NCBI GenBank assembly: GCA_030141605.1
Contig: JAQGDQ010001885.1
Coordinates: 1 to 22,368 of the forward strand
Direction of reading: 5' to 3'
DNA length: 22,368 nt
Origin: Tubiluchus corallicola
Lineage: Eukaryota > Animalia > Priapulida
The number at the start of each line of letters is the position of its first letter. The first letter of the stretch is position 1. Below, in pieces: positions 1 to 11,851 of this stretch. The notes below the pieces were generated by a model. It was not told the origin of the DNA. It ran no database searches and worked only from the letters and a program-made list of their open reading frames with translations. The position numbers were made by a program, and so were the translations under genes.

Positions 1-800
1 ACTTATTATGTGTACAAATCATTTTTATAAGAAAAATAGTTAAACGAGTTTTCTGCAAGGCTGGTTGCCGCTAATGATCTGCAGCATTTGCTCAATTCAT
101 ATGAGATCCCAGCAAAATTTTTAATTAAAGGAAAAAACAACTCACTCAGTATGCCGATGGCGCGTTACATGATTTAGGACGGATTTACACGTTAACTCAA
201 ACCTTGGGTTTTATGACTTAAGTGAGTTGTACTACAGCCTAAATATATTTTCTTTGGGTGTAATTGATGGTTATAATGTCTAAAATGTGTAAAACTAACT
301 TATGTTATCCCCTTTCTTATTACATTAATGGAAAGAACAACGCATTTTGTATGGTGGGTTTATTTTACTGTTATTACTTAAACTGTTTGTGGTGTGCTAA
401 AGGAAAGGACAAGTCACTCTGTATGGTGGGTTTATTTTACTGTTATTACTTAAACTGTTTGTGGTGTGCTAAAGGAAAGAACAAGTCACTCTGTATGGTG
501 GGTTTATTTTACTGTTATTACTTAAACTGTTTGTGGTGTGCTAAAAGAAAGGACAAGTTACTCAGCATGTTGGGTTTATTTTACTGTTATCACCTAAGCT
601 TAGAAAAATGTAACAAAGAAATTTGCAAAGAACTGCCTATAAAGCATAAAGTTAAAATATTCTACCTCTGAATAGAAATCTGCAGGCGTGGTGGTTACTG
701 CTATTCACTTGAAAATCATGACGTAACTGGGAGACTTCGTGACTTTTCGTAAGCACGTCATGGCTTTCCGTGAGCGCATCATGGCTTTCCGTGAGCGCGT
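1..800 (+). mobile_element. Interspersed repeat, copy A (unclassified non-autonomous element with internal 72-bp tandem units)
   Basis: Homologous to 14653-15068 (direct) and to 7247-7662 and ~21570-22368 (inverted). No credible coding capacity. Confidence 0.7.
330..600 (+). repeat. 72-bp tandem repeat, about 3.7 units
   Basis: Unit ggaaagRacaagtcactctgtatggtgggtttattttactgttattacttaaactgtttgtggtgtgctaaa, with a 72-bp period from ~330. Mirrored at ~21770-22040. Confidence 0.92.
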
Positions 801-1124
801 TTCTTAAACTAATTCAAGCTTCTGCAGCTTACCTAATGTTCACGCAAAAAAATTACATAACTAGCTATTTAATTGTTTTTTTTTGTAAAAACTTGTTCTA
901 CTTTTGAGTAAAATTGACTGTGCACTAGTTTTCTTCAAGACGGATGACGTCATTGGAAGAAGAACGAATGACGTCATTGGAAGAAGAATGGGCATTGAAA
1001 ATGGAAGTGTCCAAGCATGAAGTGATCGAGACTTTAAACTGATTTTACTAATTACACGAGACACTTATTGCAGTTTTATTACTAAATTATTTTAACACTC
1101 CTCTCCTAGAGGACTTGTGTTCTC

Positions 1125-1260
1125 CTTTAATGAAAAAAAATAAAAATTGGAAAAAACGTTATTTCATGGTGATTTGTTTTTCTTCCATGGTGTTTTCCTT
1201 TAATGAAAAAAATAAAAATTGGAAAAAAACCTTTTTTCATGGTGATTCCTTTTTCTTCCA
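1125..1260 (+). repeat. ~73-bp tandem duplication
   Basis: cctttaatgaaaaaaataaaaattggaaaaaa...tttcatggtgatt...ttttcttcca occurs twice. Confidence 0.85.
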
Positions 1261-1312
1261 GTTGGTGGCGCTAAATGGACGCATAAAAATTTGTTTTCCG
1301 TGACGTCATTTG

Positions 1313-2201
<889 letters not shown>

Positions 2202-2528
2202 TGCAAAGAGTTCATTTATAATGGTGAGAAACTTCTTGTAATTTTGCCAAGTTCAAAATTCATTTGAGCAAGTTGCATGATTATTGCATCACACGAAACT
2301 ATGCTACACCTGAAATGATAAAAATAAATTAGTTTTTACTGGCAGGTGTAAATTGCAGAGCGGGTAAAAAAAACTTTAAATTGAAATGACGGGGTACCAC
2401 GCGCGTTGCGTGCAGCGGCAACAGTTTCATTAAAACTTGCAAATTAAACTTTAGTGGATGTGGCAGAAACCGATTCAATTCGACGCACATTTGTTTCTTT
2501 CATAGTTATTAACACAGCATGTTTCCGT

Positions 2529-2897
2529 TAGTGGTGAGCATCGAACGTTAGATTCGAATAATTAGATCCTAAAACTATAGATTCGAATAATTCAGCATTT
2601 CAGCCACGTATGTTTTTTGTCTTTGAAACGTTTGAAACATCATGCAATTAGCATCATTTGGTTTTGCAATTAGCATAATTAGCATAATTAAACAAATTAT
2701 TAGTGGTTTTACTGCAGAACAAAATCGACTAATATGCAAGATCTTTGTGAGACTGGCGCTTCGAAAACTTGTTCGAAAATCTTTCAATCTCAATTCGAAT
2801 TCGATTCTATGACAATCGGTTCGGTTCAATTCGAATTCGAAAGCCATAAATTCGATTCGATTCGAATTCGCTTTCTAGTAGAGAATGCTCACCCCTA
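2529..2897. mobile_element. hAT-like MITE (369 bp)
   Basis: 13-bp TIRs TAGTGGTGAGCAT / ATGCTCACCCCTA (1 mismatch) with dense subterminal TTCGA/ATTCGAAT motifs. The flanks gtttccgt / gttccatt are at best a degenerate TSD. Confidence 0.65.
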
Positions 2898-3386
2898 GTT
2901 CCATTTCCAGGCTTATGAATGGTAAATTCTGCAAACCCTGGATTTGGCCCGTATTTTGGCTTTAAAAGGAAAGGCCAAGCCTTCTGGAAAGTTGGGCACA
3001 GAAGCCTGGTCACGCGCTCAAATCAGGAGTCAAGAGCCAAAAGTAGGGTAATCTCGGGGAAGAAAACGACACAACGTATTTCATTCATTCCAGACATTTT
3101 ATATAAAGCCCTTTTTCAGAAACAAAAATCTAGACATTTAAACCACAAAGTAGTAAATTTTTTGATTTTAATCTCCTAAAACCCTAAATTTCTGAAATTT
3201 ACAAAAGTGCAAACGGCGCATCAATTTTTGGAGTTCCTTCGCGCACCCAATTCTCACGTTTTTTAAAGTTTTTGGTGACAATTTAGCGATCAAATTATTA
3301 AGGACTTTAAATTATTAAGAAATTATAAGCCCACTTATAATCAAGAATGCGCGAACATCCTACATATTCTTAGTATAGAGACTTAA

Positions 3387-3841
3387 CCCTTTCAGTCCCA
3401 AATTATTTTTTAATAAGAAAAAATTTTTTGGTTTGGTACTTTTGTTCAGTATGTCCAGCTTGTTTACACATAATTATTTTTTCTACCTGTGCCCGCGTGC
3501 TAAATATAGTCTGTATCCCACGGGATACATTGGGATTCAATGGAAGCATAAAATGTACTTCATTTTGCAACTGCTGATAATTTATTAAAGTATTTAAGAC
3601 ATTTAGTATGCATGCTATGCTGATCTATACAAAGTCGTCTCTAAAGTACTGTACCTTGAGCAATTTTTCATGCTATGTAGATTTTCTAGTTTGCCATTTT
3701 ATCACCATTTTTAGTCTATTGTTATTGGCTTAAATCAAAATAACTATTAACAGATCAAATAACTGTCAGGTTTAAAATTTTGTTAATTTTAAAGGCAGAA
3801 AATATTCTCGTATCCCACGGGATACAACGGGTATGAAAGGG
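3387..3841. mobile_element. piggyBac-like non-autonomous element (455 bp)
   Basis: TTAA on both sides (3383-3386, 3842-3845); termini CCCTTTCAGTCCC / GGGTATGAAAGGG; internal palindrome GTATCCCACGGGATAC at 3513-3528 and 3810-3825. Confidence 0.8.
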
Positions 3842-4458
3842 TTAAATTATTCCAGAGCAGAAAGGCTGACCCCCCCTCCTCTCAATAGTTTCCTATCCAA
3901 AAGTCTGTAGTTTTTATCTTTTGTGTGAAACATTAAAAATTATAACAGATCAAATAACTCTCAGCAAAATTTTATTAACTTAAACAAAAACCACCCCAAC
4001 AAAAAAATGCTTTGCTTAACACTTTTACCTCCGCCCACCACCAAACCAAACCCCCCCCCCAATACTTTCCTATCCAAAAGTCTGTAGGATGTATTCCTTG
4101 CACAAACTGATCACTGAACACAACTTTCCAGGAAAAATACTTTCAATAGTCGCTCGGTTTTATCAATTGAAGAATTTCGCCTTTTGTGTGAAAACGATTA
4201 TTCTTCACGAAACACTCAGACTTGCATGATAAAATGAACAAACGGAAATTAACAGGTCAGAAATGCGTGCCTCAAGTAGTAGCGGAAACGGAAATGGATT
4301 TGTTAAACTAACTTTTAACACCTTGCTCTTGTCTGTCATTTCGTTCAGTTACGTCACAGATATTCAACCCAGTTTTCAATCAAAAATTTATATTTAGAGT
4401 TAAAAAAAGACAACTTTATTAAAAGTTTTACATGAAAAAGTTAAAAGTTAAAATTATG

Positions 4459-4500
4459 CCAAACGTTTCGACTAGCTCCTGCTGTTGTCGTCATCAGTGG
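4459..4500 (-). ncRNA. Minimal type I hammerhead ribozyme motif, left-arm copy
   Basis: ccaaacgtttcgactagctcctgctgttgtcgtcatcagtgg, the exact reverse complement of 17808-17849. Confidence 0.75.
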
Positions 4501-4569
4501 TAAATTTACAAACAAACAATCAGTTTATATAGGCAGAGTTTATTATGCAGAAATTAAATAGTTAACAGA

Positions 4570-4932
4570 AGCCAAACAGATAATGAATAAACAGACCAGT
4601 GAAGAAATTGATACAGTAACTTAAGCACTAATTATGTATTTACAAAAACCATATAGGTAAGGATTAAACAGACCAGTAGAAAAGAAATTGATACAGTAAC
4701 TTAAGCACTAATTATGTCATGTTTACAAAAACCAAATAGGTAATGATTAAGCAGACCAGTAAAGAAATTGATACAGCAACTTAAGCACTAATTATGTATT
4801 TGCAAAAGCCAAACAGATAATGAATAAACAGACCAGTAACGAAATTGATACAGTAAATTATGCGCTAATTATGTATTTACAAAAACCAAATAGGTATTGA
4901 ATAAAAATACCAGTAGAAAAGAAATTAACAGT
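4570..4932 (+). repeat. ~78-bp imperfect tandem repeat, ~4.5 units, in the Penelope 3' UTR
   Basis: cagaccagt...gaaattgatacagtaacttaagcactaattatgt recurs at ~4592, 4668, 4752 and 4829, with a partial unit at ~4907. Mirrored at ~17378-17740. Confidence 0.9.
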
Positions 4933-5756
4933 AAGAAAGAGTTAAGTGTTTGAAAATAAAGTTAAAGGATTTGAACTGCTTTGCACATTAAGAGAAGGCT
5001 TATTAGGGTACATAGATAAACTTTCTTTTATTAATAAGTCCCAGTTATTTGTAGCTCTTATGACAATGCTGATATTATTAAAATCAGCTTTGTGGCCTGT
5101 GGCACAAATATAATTATTAATGCCGGATTGAGGAGAATTTTTTAATTTCTAGAACTGGCTTGAAAATTATTATGGATATAAACTGTACATAATTTTATTG
5201 CACCTAATTCTTACTAACATTTGTTTTGTTAATAAGACCCAGTTATTTAATTTCTATAATTTATGTAGATAAATTATAAAAAAATATAAAATATAATTTT
5301 TTTTATATAACTTCTATGAAGTTTGAAATAGTTTATGATGGAGCCTGTCAATTTACTTCAACTGGTATCAGACATTTTAACTTGTTTAAACAAGTTTACG
5401 AAAGTTTAGTCCACTAAGCAAAGAACGCCTTCTCGCCTTCCGTCCATAGTCATACACTACGTGGAGCAGTTGCGCATTTCTGATTAGTTAATTGTTGTGG
5501 TTGTGTAATAGGCATGCTATTTCTTCTTGTTACATGTTCAAGTTACCATGCTTGCCTGTTTACAACGTCAACGAGAATTTGTGGCATTTTAAAGTAAAGA
5601 CCAACTGGTCAAGCTTTCGTGGAAATTAGAGGACAACCGGACACATGAGTGGACATTAGTACATCCAACAGTGCGGGCCAATACAGAGACAAATTCAAGT
5701 TTATTCGACTGAGTTTGGGCACTAAGACGAACGAATTTGGTTTTAACTGGTGCAAC

Positions 5757-7243
5757 CATTCTTTCACCAGTGACGTTGTGTCATTCTTTCACCAGTGACG
5801 TTGTGTCATTCTTTCACCAGTGACGTTGTGTCATTCTTTCACCAGTGACGTTGTGTCATTTTTCCACCAGTGACGTTGTGTCATTCTTTCACCAGTGACG
5901 TTGTGTCATTCTTTCACCAGTGACGTTGTGTCACTCTTTCACCAGTGACGTTGTGTCATTCTTTCACCAGTGACGTTGTGTCATTCTTTCACCAGTGACG
6001 TTGTGTCATTCTTTCACCAGTGATGTTGTGTCATTTTCCCACCAGTGACGTTGTGTCATTCTTTCACCGGTGACGTTGTGTCATTCTTTCACCAGTGACG
6101 TTGTGTCATTCTTTCACCGGTGACGTTGTGTCATTCTTTCACCAGTGACGTTGTGTCATTCTTTCACCAGTGACGTTGTGTCATTCTTTCACCAGTGACG
6201 TTGTGCCATTCTTTCACCAGTGACGCTGCGTCATTCTTTCACCAGTGACGTTGTGTCATTTTTTCACCAGTGACGTTGTGTCATTCTTTCACCTGTGACG
6301 TTGTGTCATTCTTTCACCAGTGACGTTGTGTCATTCTTTCACCAGTGACGTTGTGTCATTCTTTCACCAGTGACGTTGTGCCATTCTTTCACCAGTGACG
6401 TTGTGCCATTCTTTCACCAGTGACGTTGTGTCATTCTTTCACCAGTGACGTTGTGTCATTCTTTCACCAGTGACGTTGTGTCATTCTTTCACCAGTGACG
6501 TTGTGTCATTCTTTCACCAGTGACGTTGTGTCATTTTTCCACCAGTGACGTTGTGTCATTCTTTCACCAGTGACGTTGTGTCATTCTTTCACCAGTGACG
6601 TTGTGTCATTCTTTCACCAGTGACGTTGTGTCATTCTTTCACCAGTGATGTTGTGTCATTCTTTCACCAGTGACGTTGTGTCATTCTTTCACCAGTGACG
6701 TTGTGCCATTCTTTCACTAGTGACGTTGTGCCATTCTTTCACCAGTGACGTTGTGTCATTCTTTCACTAGTGACGTTGTGTCATTCTTTCACCAGTGACG
6801 TTGTGCCATTCTTTCACCAGTAACGTTGTGCCATTCTTTCACTAGTGACGTTGTGTCATTCTTTCACCAGTGACGTTGTGTCATTCTTTCACCAGTGACG
6901 TTGTGCCATTCTTTCACCAGTGACGTTGTGTCATTCTTTCACTAGTGACGTTGTGTCATTCTTTCAACAGTGACTTTGTGTCATTTTTCCACCAGTGACG
7001 TTGTGTCATTCTTTCACCAGTGACGTTGTGTCATTCTTTCACCAGTGACGTTGTGTCATTCTTTCACCAGTGACGTTGTGTCACTCTTTCACCAGTGACG
7101 TTGTGTTACTATTCCACCAGTGACGTTGTGTCATTCTTTCACCAGTGACGTTGTGTCATTTTTCCACCAGTGACGTTGTGTCATTCTTTCACCAGTGATG
7201 TTGTGTCATTTTCCCACCAGTGACGTTGTGTCATTCTTTCATT
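5757..7243 (+). repeat. 25-bp tandem satellite, about 59 units
   Basis: Unit cattctttcaccagtgacgttgtgt, head-to-tail, with point variants and no spacers. Confidence 0.98.
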
Positions 7244-7246
7244 CTT

Positions 7247-7662
7247 AAGCGACGATGTGCTTACGAAAAGTGTCCACCAGTGATGTCATATTTTTCAAGT
7301 GAATGACAGCAACCACTACGCCTACACATTTCTGTGCATCGAGAGTATAAATTAACTATATGCTTTATAGGCAGTTCTTTGTAAATTTCTTTGTTATATT
7401 TTTTTAAGTTTAAGTGATAACAGTAAAATAAACCCAACATACTGAGTGACTTGTTCTTTCCTTTAGCACACCACAAACAGTTTAGGTGATAACAGTAAAA
7501 TAAATCCGCCATACAGAATGACTTGATCTTTCCTTTAATTAAAAATTTTGCTGGGAGCTCATATCAGTTGAGCAAATGCTGCAGATCATTAGCGGCAACC
7601 AGCCTTGCAGAAAACTCGTTTAACTATTTTTCTTATAAAAATGATTTGTACACATAATAAGT
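7247..7662 (-). mobile_element. Interspersed repeat, copy B (internally deleted relative to copy A, abuts the 25-bp satellite)
   Basis: Reverse complement of 1-134 joined directly to the 72-bp-unit region and the sequence downstream of it. Confidence 0.75.
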
Positions 7663-8603
7663 ATAACGATATAATGCGACACCTACAGGAATTCTGCAGA
7701 CACTATGTACACAGTATGAGTGATTAAGCTTTTTACTTTACGCTAAATGATTGCAGCAACATTTCTCTAACATTTGTATATCTCAAAGCAAGGTTAAAAA
7801 CATACATGAACGGTTCGTATACAGAACGTGCTGATTCAGCTACAAAATCAAAGATTGTAAGAATCACGGATCAGATGAGATTACTTGTTACTTCAGCGTA
7901 GAAATGATACATCCTACTGTCATGAAGCTCACGATTTCTTTATCTTATTTTTTATTAGTTCTTAATTATTTTTATTTATTTATTTTTTTTATTTATTATT
8001 ATTATTATCACATTCAGTACAATATAATGACATTAAGCACACAGTGACATCAAAATTATTACATCTACTGTATCAAATTGTTATGTTTCATACACTATCG
8101 TTATCATAAAAGAATAATTGTACTGCAGTGGGCTAGAGAAGCAAAGGCTTGTATAAGCCCACTGTCATGTGAACCTGATAAAAAAGAATGGATGAGTGAA
8201 CAAAAAAAGAACTGGGAGAAAGGTTAGATCACACAGGAAGGGTAGAAGGATGTGTTAGTGGAAATGGTAGGATGAAAGATAATAGATTGTGCTATGTTGA
8301 CATCAGCTCTAAAGATTTATCAATGATGCCTTGTTTTGCATAAATGTGACCTATGATCTATTACTAATTATGATCATTAGTCATATTATTACATTCTCTT
8401 GTTAAAACATTGAAAATCCCACACAAGAAATTTCAGCTATAAAATAAGTCTATTTCTTCATATACAGTCTAAACTTTCATCCTTGAACTAGAGTATGCAT
8501 AACATTTACCTTTCATAGAATTGCTGGCTTCCTTGCTTCATGGAAAAAACTTACCTGTGCAGTTGGGTTTCAGAGATCATTGAGTAAGCTTGTGACTTAA
8601 ACT

Positions 8604-8855
8604 GAGAGAGCAATGTATAGTGTTATTAATGATTTATATAAATAAAGCTCACCTGTATTCTACCTAAATTCTACCTGTATTCTAGTGTCTTAGCATTTAC
8701 CTTCAGAACTTCTTCATAGAGAGAGAGAGAAAGAGAGAAAGAGAGAGAGGGCAATGTATAAATGTATAGTGTTATTAATGATTTATATAAATAAAGCTCA
8801 CCTGTATTCTACCTGTATTCTAGTGTCTTAGCAATTACCTTCATACTTCTTCATA
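8604..8855 (+). repeat. ~115-bp direct duplication separated by a short (GA)n tract
   Basis: caatgtatagtgttattaatgatttatataaataaagctcacctgtattctacc...gtgtcttagcaWttaccttca occurs twice. Mirrored at ~13455-13706. Confidence 0.88.
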
Positions 8856-9189
8856 CATACAATTGATACATCAGTCGAAAATATTACATAATACATACAT
8901 ATTGTAAATAAAAAGCTAAGAAGATAAATTCCAACAATTCTCTTTTAAAGCAAAACCAGATCTAATCTTAAACTGCAAGTCAAAACAATTTACCCTTTAA
9001 ACTAATGAAAGGAAGCATATTATTTTTTCAATATTAATACTGATGATTAAATAATAGATTAAAATTTCAGTTAACGGCGTGCGTGCCCAACTATTGATGA
9101 CATCACAAACTAACATAGTTTACAACAGCAAAACTATTCCACGAGCGTGTTGCACGTGTTTATCGAAAATTGCAGTACAGTGCTACTGT

Positions 9190-9454
9190 AAGATATTCAG
9201 TGTGTTGTAGTAAAACTAGGCAAGTTTTAAGATAAAAATTCAAATTTTAAATTTACCGCTGTGCTCACGCTTGAGCTACCGAACGTGTGCAGTGCACCAC
9301 AAACGAACACCTCTGAACTTAAGGGTACAGCACCTGTTTTTGTGCAATGCGTTTCCGAAATGTAAGCGCTAGTGTCCATCTCACTAGCGAATGACGAAAT
9401 GCATGTAACAGCGAAGAAATTGTGTTTGTGTGGTAATAATTCTTTCACGTAAGT
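9190..9454 (+). promoter_or_regulatory. Candidate promoter / non-coding first exon of the sulfakinin gene
   Basis: The ATG exon starts at a splice acceptor, so an upstream non-coding exon is needed. There is a strong donor CAC|GTAAGT at 9448/9449 and an Inr-like TCAGT near 9197. Boundaries are inferred only. Confidence 0.3.
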
Positions 9455-9892
9455 CATTCTTGAAAAAATAGTAGGTTCTGTTTCAATATTTCAAAGTGCT
9501 TTGACGTACAGTTTAAGACTGGGCAGTTTAAGATCATTTTAAGATCTTGTTGTTAATTTTTAGTAAAATAGGGATTAAATTTGTGTAATTCTTGAGATTA
9601 CTGATTGTGGATTTAGATATTGAATTTCGAATTTAATAATTTGGTATATTAATTTATCTACATTTTTATGTTACCTCACAGGAAACATGCTGCATTAATA
9701 ACCTTGATTTTAGCACGCACTTCAATACTTCTTGTTTAACATCACTGTAAATGATGTTATACGCACAAATTAAAAAAGCTAATTACAGAATGCCTAGATG
9801 TAATATTGTGGAATTCACTCTGTATAGTGTCTAGGTAAAATTGTATAATGTGTGTACATATACGTTTGCCTGCAAAAAGAGGCTCATAAAGA

Positions 9893-9941
<49 letters not shown>

Positions 9942-9977
9942 GTCGTCGTCGTCATCGTCGTCGTCGTCGTCGTCGTT

Positions 9978-10014
<37 letters not shown>
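9893..10014 (+). repeat. Compound (TCA)n/(TCG)n microsatellite upstream of the first coding exon
   Basis: Direct inspection. The mirror (GAT)n/(GAC)n at ~12272-12393 has different interruptions. Confidence 0.95.
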
Positions 10015-10015
<1 letters not shown>

Positions 10016-10086
10016 TTAAGATTGTGTATAGTTGTCCTTTAACTTGTGCACAGATTTGTATTTTATTTTACCTTTCAGGACATAAA

Positions 10087-10237
10087 ATGAACTGGTTGGT
10101 ACTGCTGGTGATTTTGGCCGCTTTAGTTTGTATACAAGCAGCGCCACACCTTGATGAAGATCATGAATTATTTGATTCATGGAAAAAGTTACAACCTTTG
10201 TTACAGAGATCACGAGAAAGAGCTAAAATGCTAAAAG
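10087..10237 (+). CDS. SK: Sulfakinin precursor, first coding exon (signal peptide + propeptide)
   Basis: Acceptor tttttacctttcag ends at 10078; ATG at 10087. It encodes MNWLVLLVILAALVCIQA (hydrophobic signal peptide) then APHLDEDHELFDSWKKLQPLLQRSRERAKMLK. Donor AAG|GTAGGA at 10237/10238, phase 1, matching the phase of the next exon. Confidence 0.85.
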
Positions 10238-11851
10238 GTAGGAAACCATAGCAGTACGTAATGTAGCGTCTGTTGTCTTTTTGTTAAGCCTTTCCACAGT
10301 TTCTTTATGCGCACGCGCAGTTGATGTAGGTCAAAGGGTAAGTACAGCCCAGCAACGCGTCTTAACCACAACCGTCACGTGACACGTGTGCAAAGCAAAA
10401 CCGTCTGTCGCATTAATTTAGTAACTTCAGTTGTTTTACGTAGACTTTACTTGATTAGTCTGTACGTAGAGTGATTTACAAGCAGGATCTTGCATAGGAA
10501 CAAGAAAAAATGAACTAGGTAAGGTTCTAGCTAACTGTTAAAACTGTTAATATTACAATAGCATGGGCTGCGAAGCGTTGTCAAGTGTACACAAATTTTG
10601 ATACACTTAACCTTCGACCTTTTTACGATCATCATCAATCGCTGGAACTGTGAAAAGGCCTATTTGCTGGCGCACTAATTTCAGGCAGTAGTAATACACC
10701 CAGCCATATAGACCCTTGTACTAAAAGTAATAGCATAGTTATCGTTATCTATGAACATAATAAAATAAGTCATTACATGGCTATTTTGTTATATTAGTGA
10801 GAATATATAGGTAATGAAGATGCAGGATTACTATACATACTGTAGAGCTCGGTGATTTAAAGGACAAGACAACGGGTTCCTGAAGTAGGTTTGAGAAAAA
10901 TTTCCACAAAAATGTATCGCACTCACGTTAAAAAGTTTGTTTTCGATTTAAATCTCCCACAATGCTGTTCCGACGGCGCCATTACGTGACGTCACCTAGG
11001 CAAACGCAAATCAGGGGAAGAAAAGGAAATGTTGAATTATGTCCCAAAAAACTTTCCATACAAATCTGTATTGCTTAGCCTTTCGCTCACCTGCTGGAAA
11101 GACTTATGTGACTAGAAATAATGATTTAAAATGTTTGTGCCAATTGGTAAAATGTCGCTGACTCACCCTCCAGGGTGCACCACTCACTAACCAAAAACGT
11201 ATTTTTAATCTTATTGACAAAATACAGTAATTTAATAATTTACTTAGTTAGTAACATGTGTATACAAATGCTCTGATTATTTTTCTCAAACTTTGCTCAG
11301 TGTTATCTAAACTTGTATCAAACGACCAACCATCAAAATGGCTGCGTTTAACGGTCATCGTAGGAGTTTAAATTTATACAACGTTATTGCCAACGCAAGC
11401 CCTACATGCAAAAAGACAGGTAGTAAGTGGTATAAGATGTCAAGACGAATTTTTCAAGCTTTATGTAAGTGGATGGGCACCGAAACTGTTTGTGGTGGGT
11501 TAGTTTTCGTTGTTTTATAATGAAGATAAGCGTTGGTATAACTTAATATGACTAGACTTTGCAGGTAGTAAGTGATATAAAATGTCAAGACGAATTATTT
11601 AAGCTTTATGTATATGGATGCACATCGAAACTGTTTGTGGTGGGTTAGTTTTCATTGTTTTATAATGAAGATAAGCGTTGGTATAACTTAATATGACTAG
11701 ACTTCGCAGGTAGTAAGTGGTATAAAATGTCAAGACGAATTTTTTAAGGTTTATGTATATGGATGGGCACCGAAACTGTTTGTGGTGGGTTAGTTTTCGT
11801 TGTTTTATAATGAAGATATCAAACATTCTAATCAGTTTCTATCTATTCCAG
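10238..11851 (+). other. SK: Phase-1 GT-AG intron of the sulfakinin gene (makes up most of the palindrome spacer)
   Basis: gtagga...tttctatctattccag. Splicing joins G+GT into Gly, in frame with the peptide-coding exon. Confidence 0.8.
11417..11818 (+). repeat. 145-bp tandem repeat, ~2.8 units, intronic
   Basis: caggtagtaagtgRtataa recurs at 11417, 11562 and 11707; the array ends ~33 bp before the acceptor at 11851. Confidence 0.92.

Larger units (their letters stand above)
4410..5148 (-). mobile_element. Penelope-like retroelement 3' fragment, left-arm copy
   Basis: 5148-4942 translates to KLKNSPQSGINNYICATGHKADFNNISIVIRATNNWDLLIKESLSMYPNKPSLNVQSSSNPLTLFSNT*. Confidence 0.8.

Noticed and set aside
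264-671. Cys-rich 24-aa repeat protein (also 7261-7512, 14803-15054, 21656-22105)
   Set aside because: A by-product of a 72-bp tandem repeat in an interspersed element. Starts and ends differ between copies, and no domain is recognisable.
2575-3179. Short ORFs of 68-90 aa (and mirrors at 19129-19685)
   Set aside because: They overlap MITE subterminal repeats or flanks and have no recognisable domain. Their identity between arms only reflects the duplication.
3335-3376. Helitron-like 3' end (CTAGT in the right-arm copy)
   Set aside because: No convincing GC-rich hairpin or 5' TC end, and the left copy reads cttagt.
5757-7243. CRISPR array
   Set aside because: Units are contiguous 25-mers with no unique spacers, there are no cas genes, and the context is eukaryotic.
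9841-10086. Poly-Ser N-terminal extension of the 136-aa ORF
   Set aside because: Non-ATG start, microsatellite-derived, and upstream of a clear splice acceptor at 10078. The likely start is ATG 10087.
11800-11851. N-terminal part (MFYNEDIKHSNQFLSIP) of the 108-aa ORF
   Set aside because: Intronic: it covers the end of the 145-bp repeat and the polypyrimidine/acceptor region.
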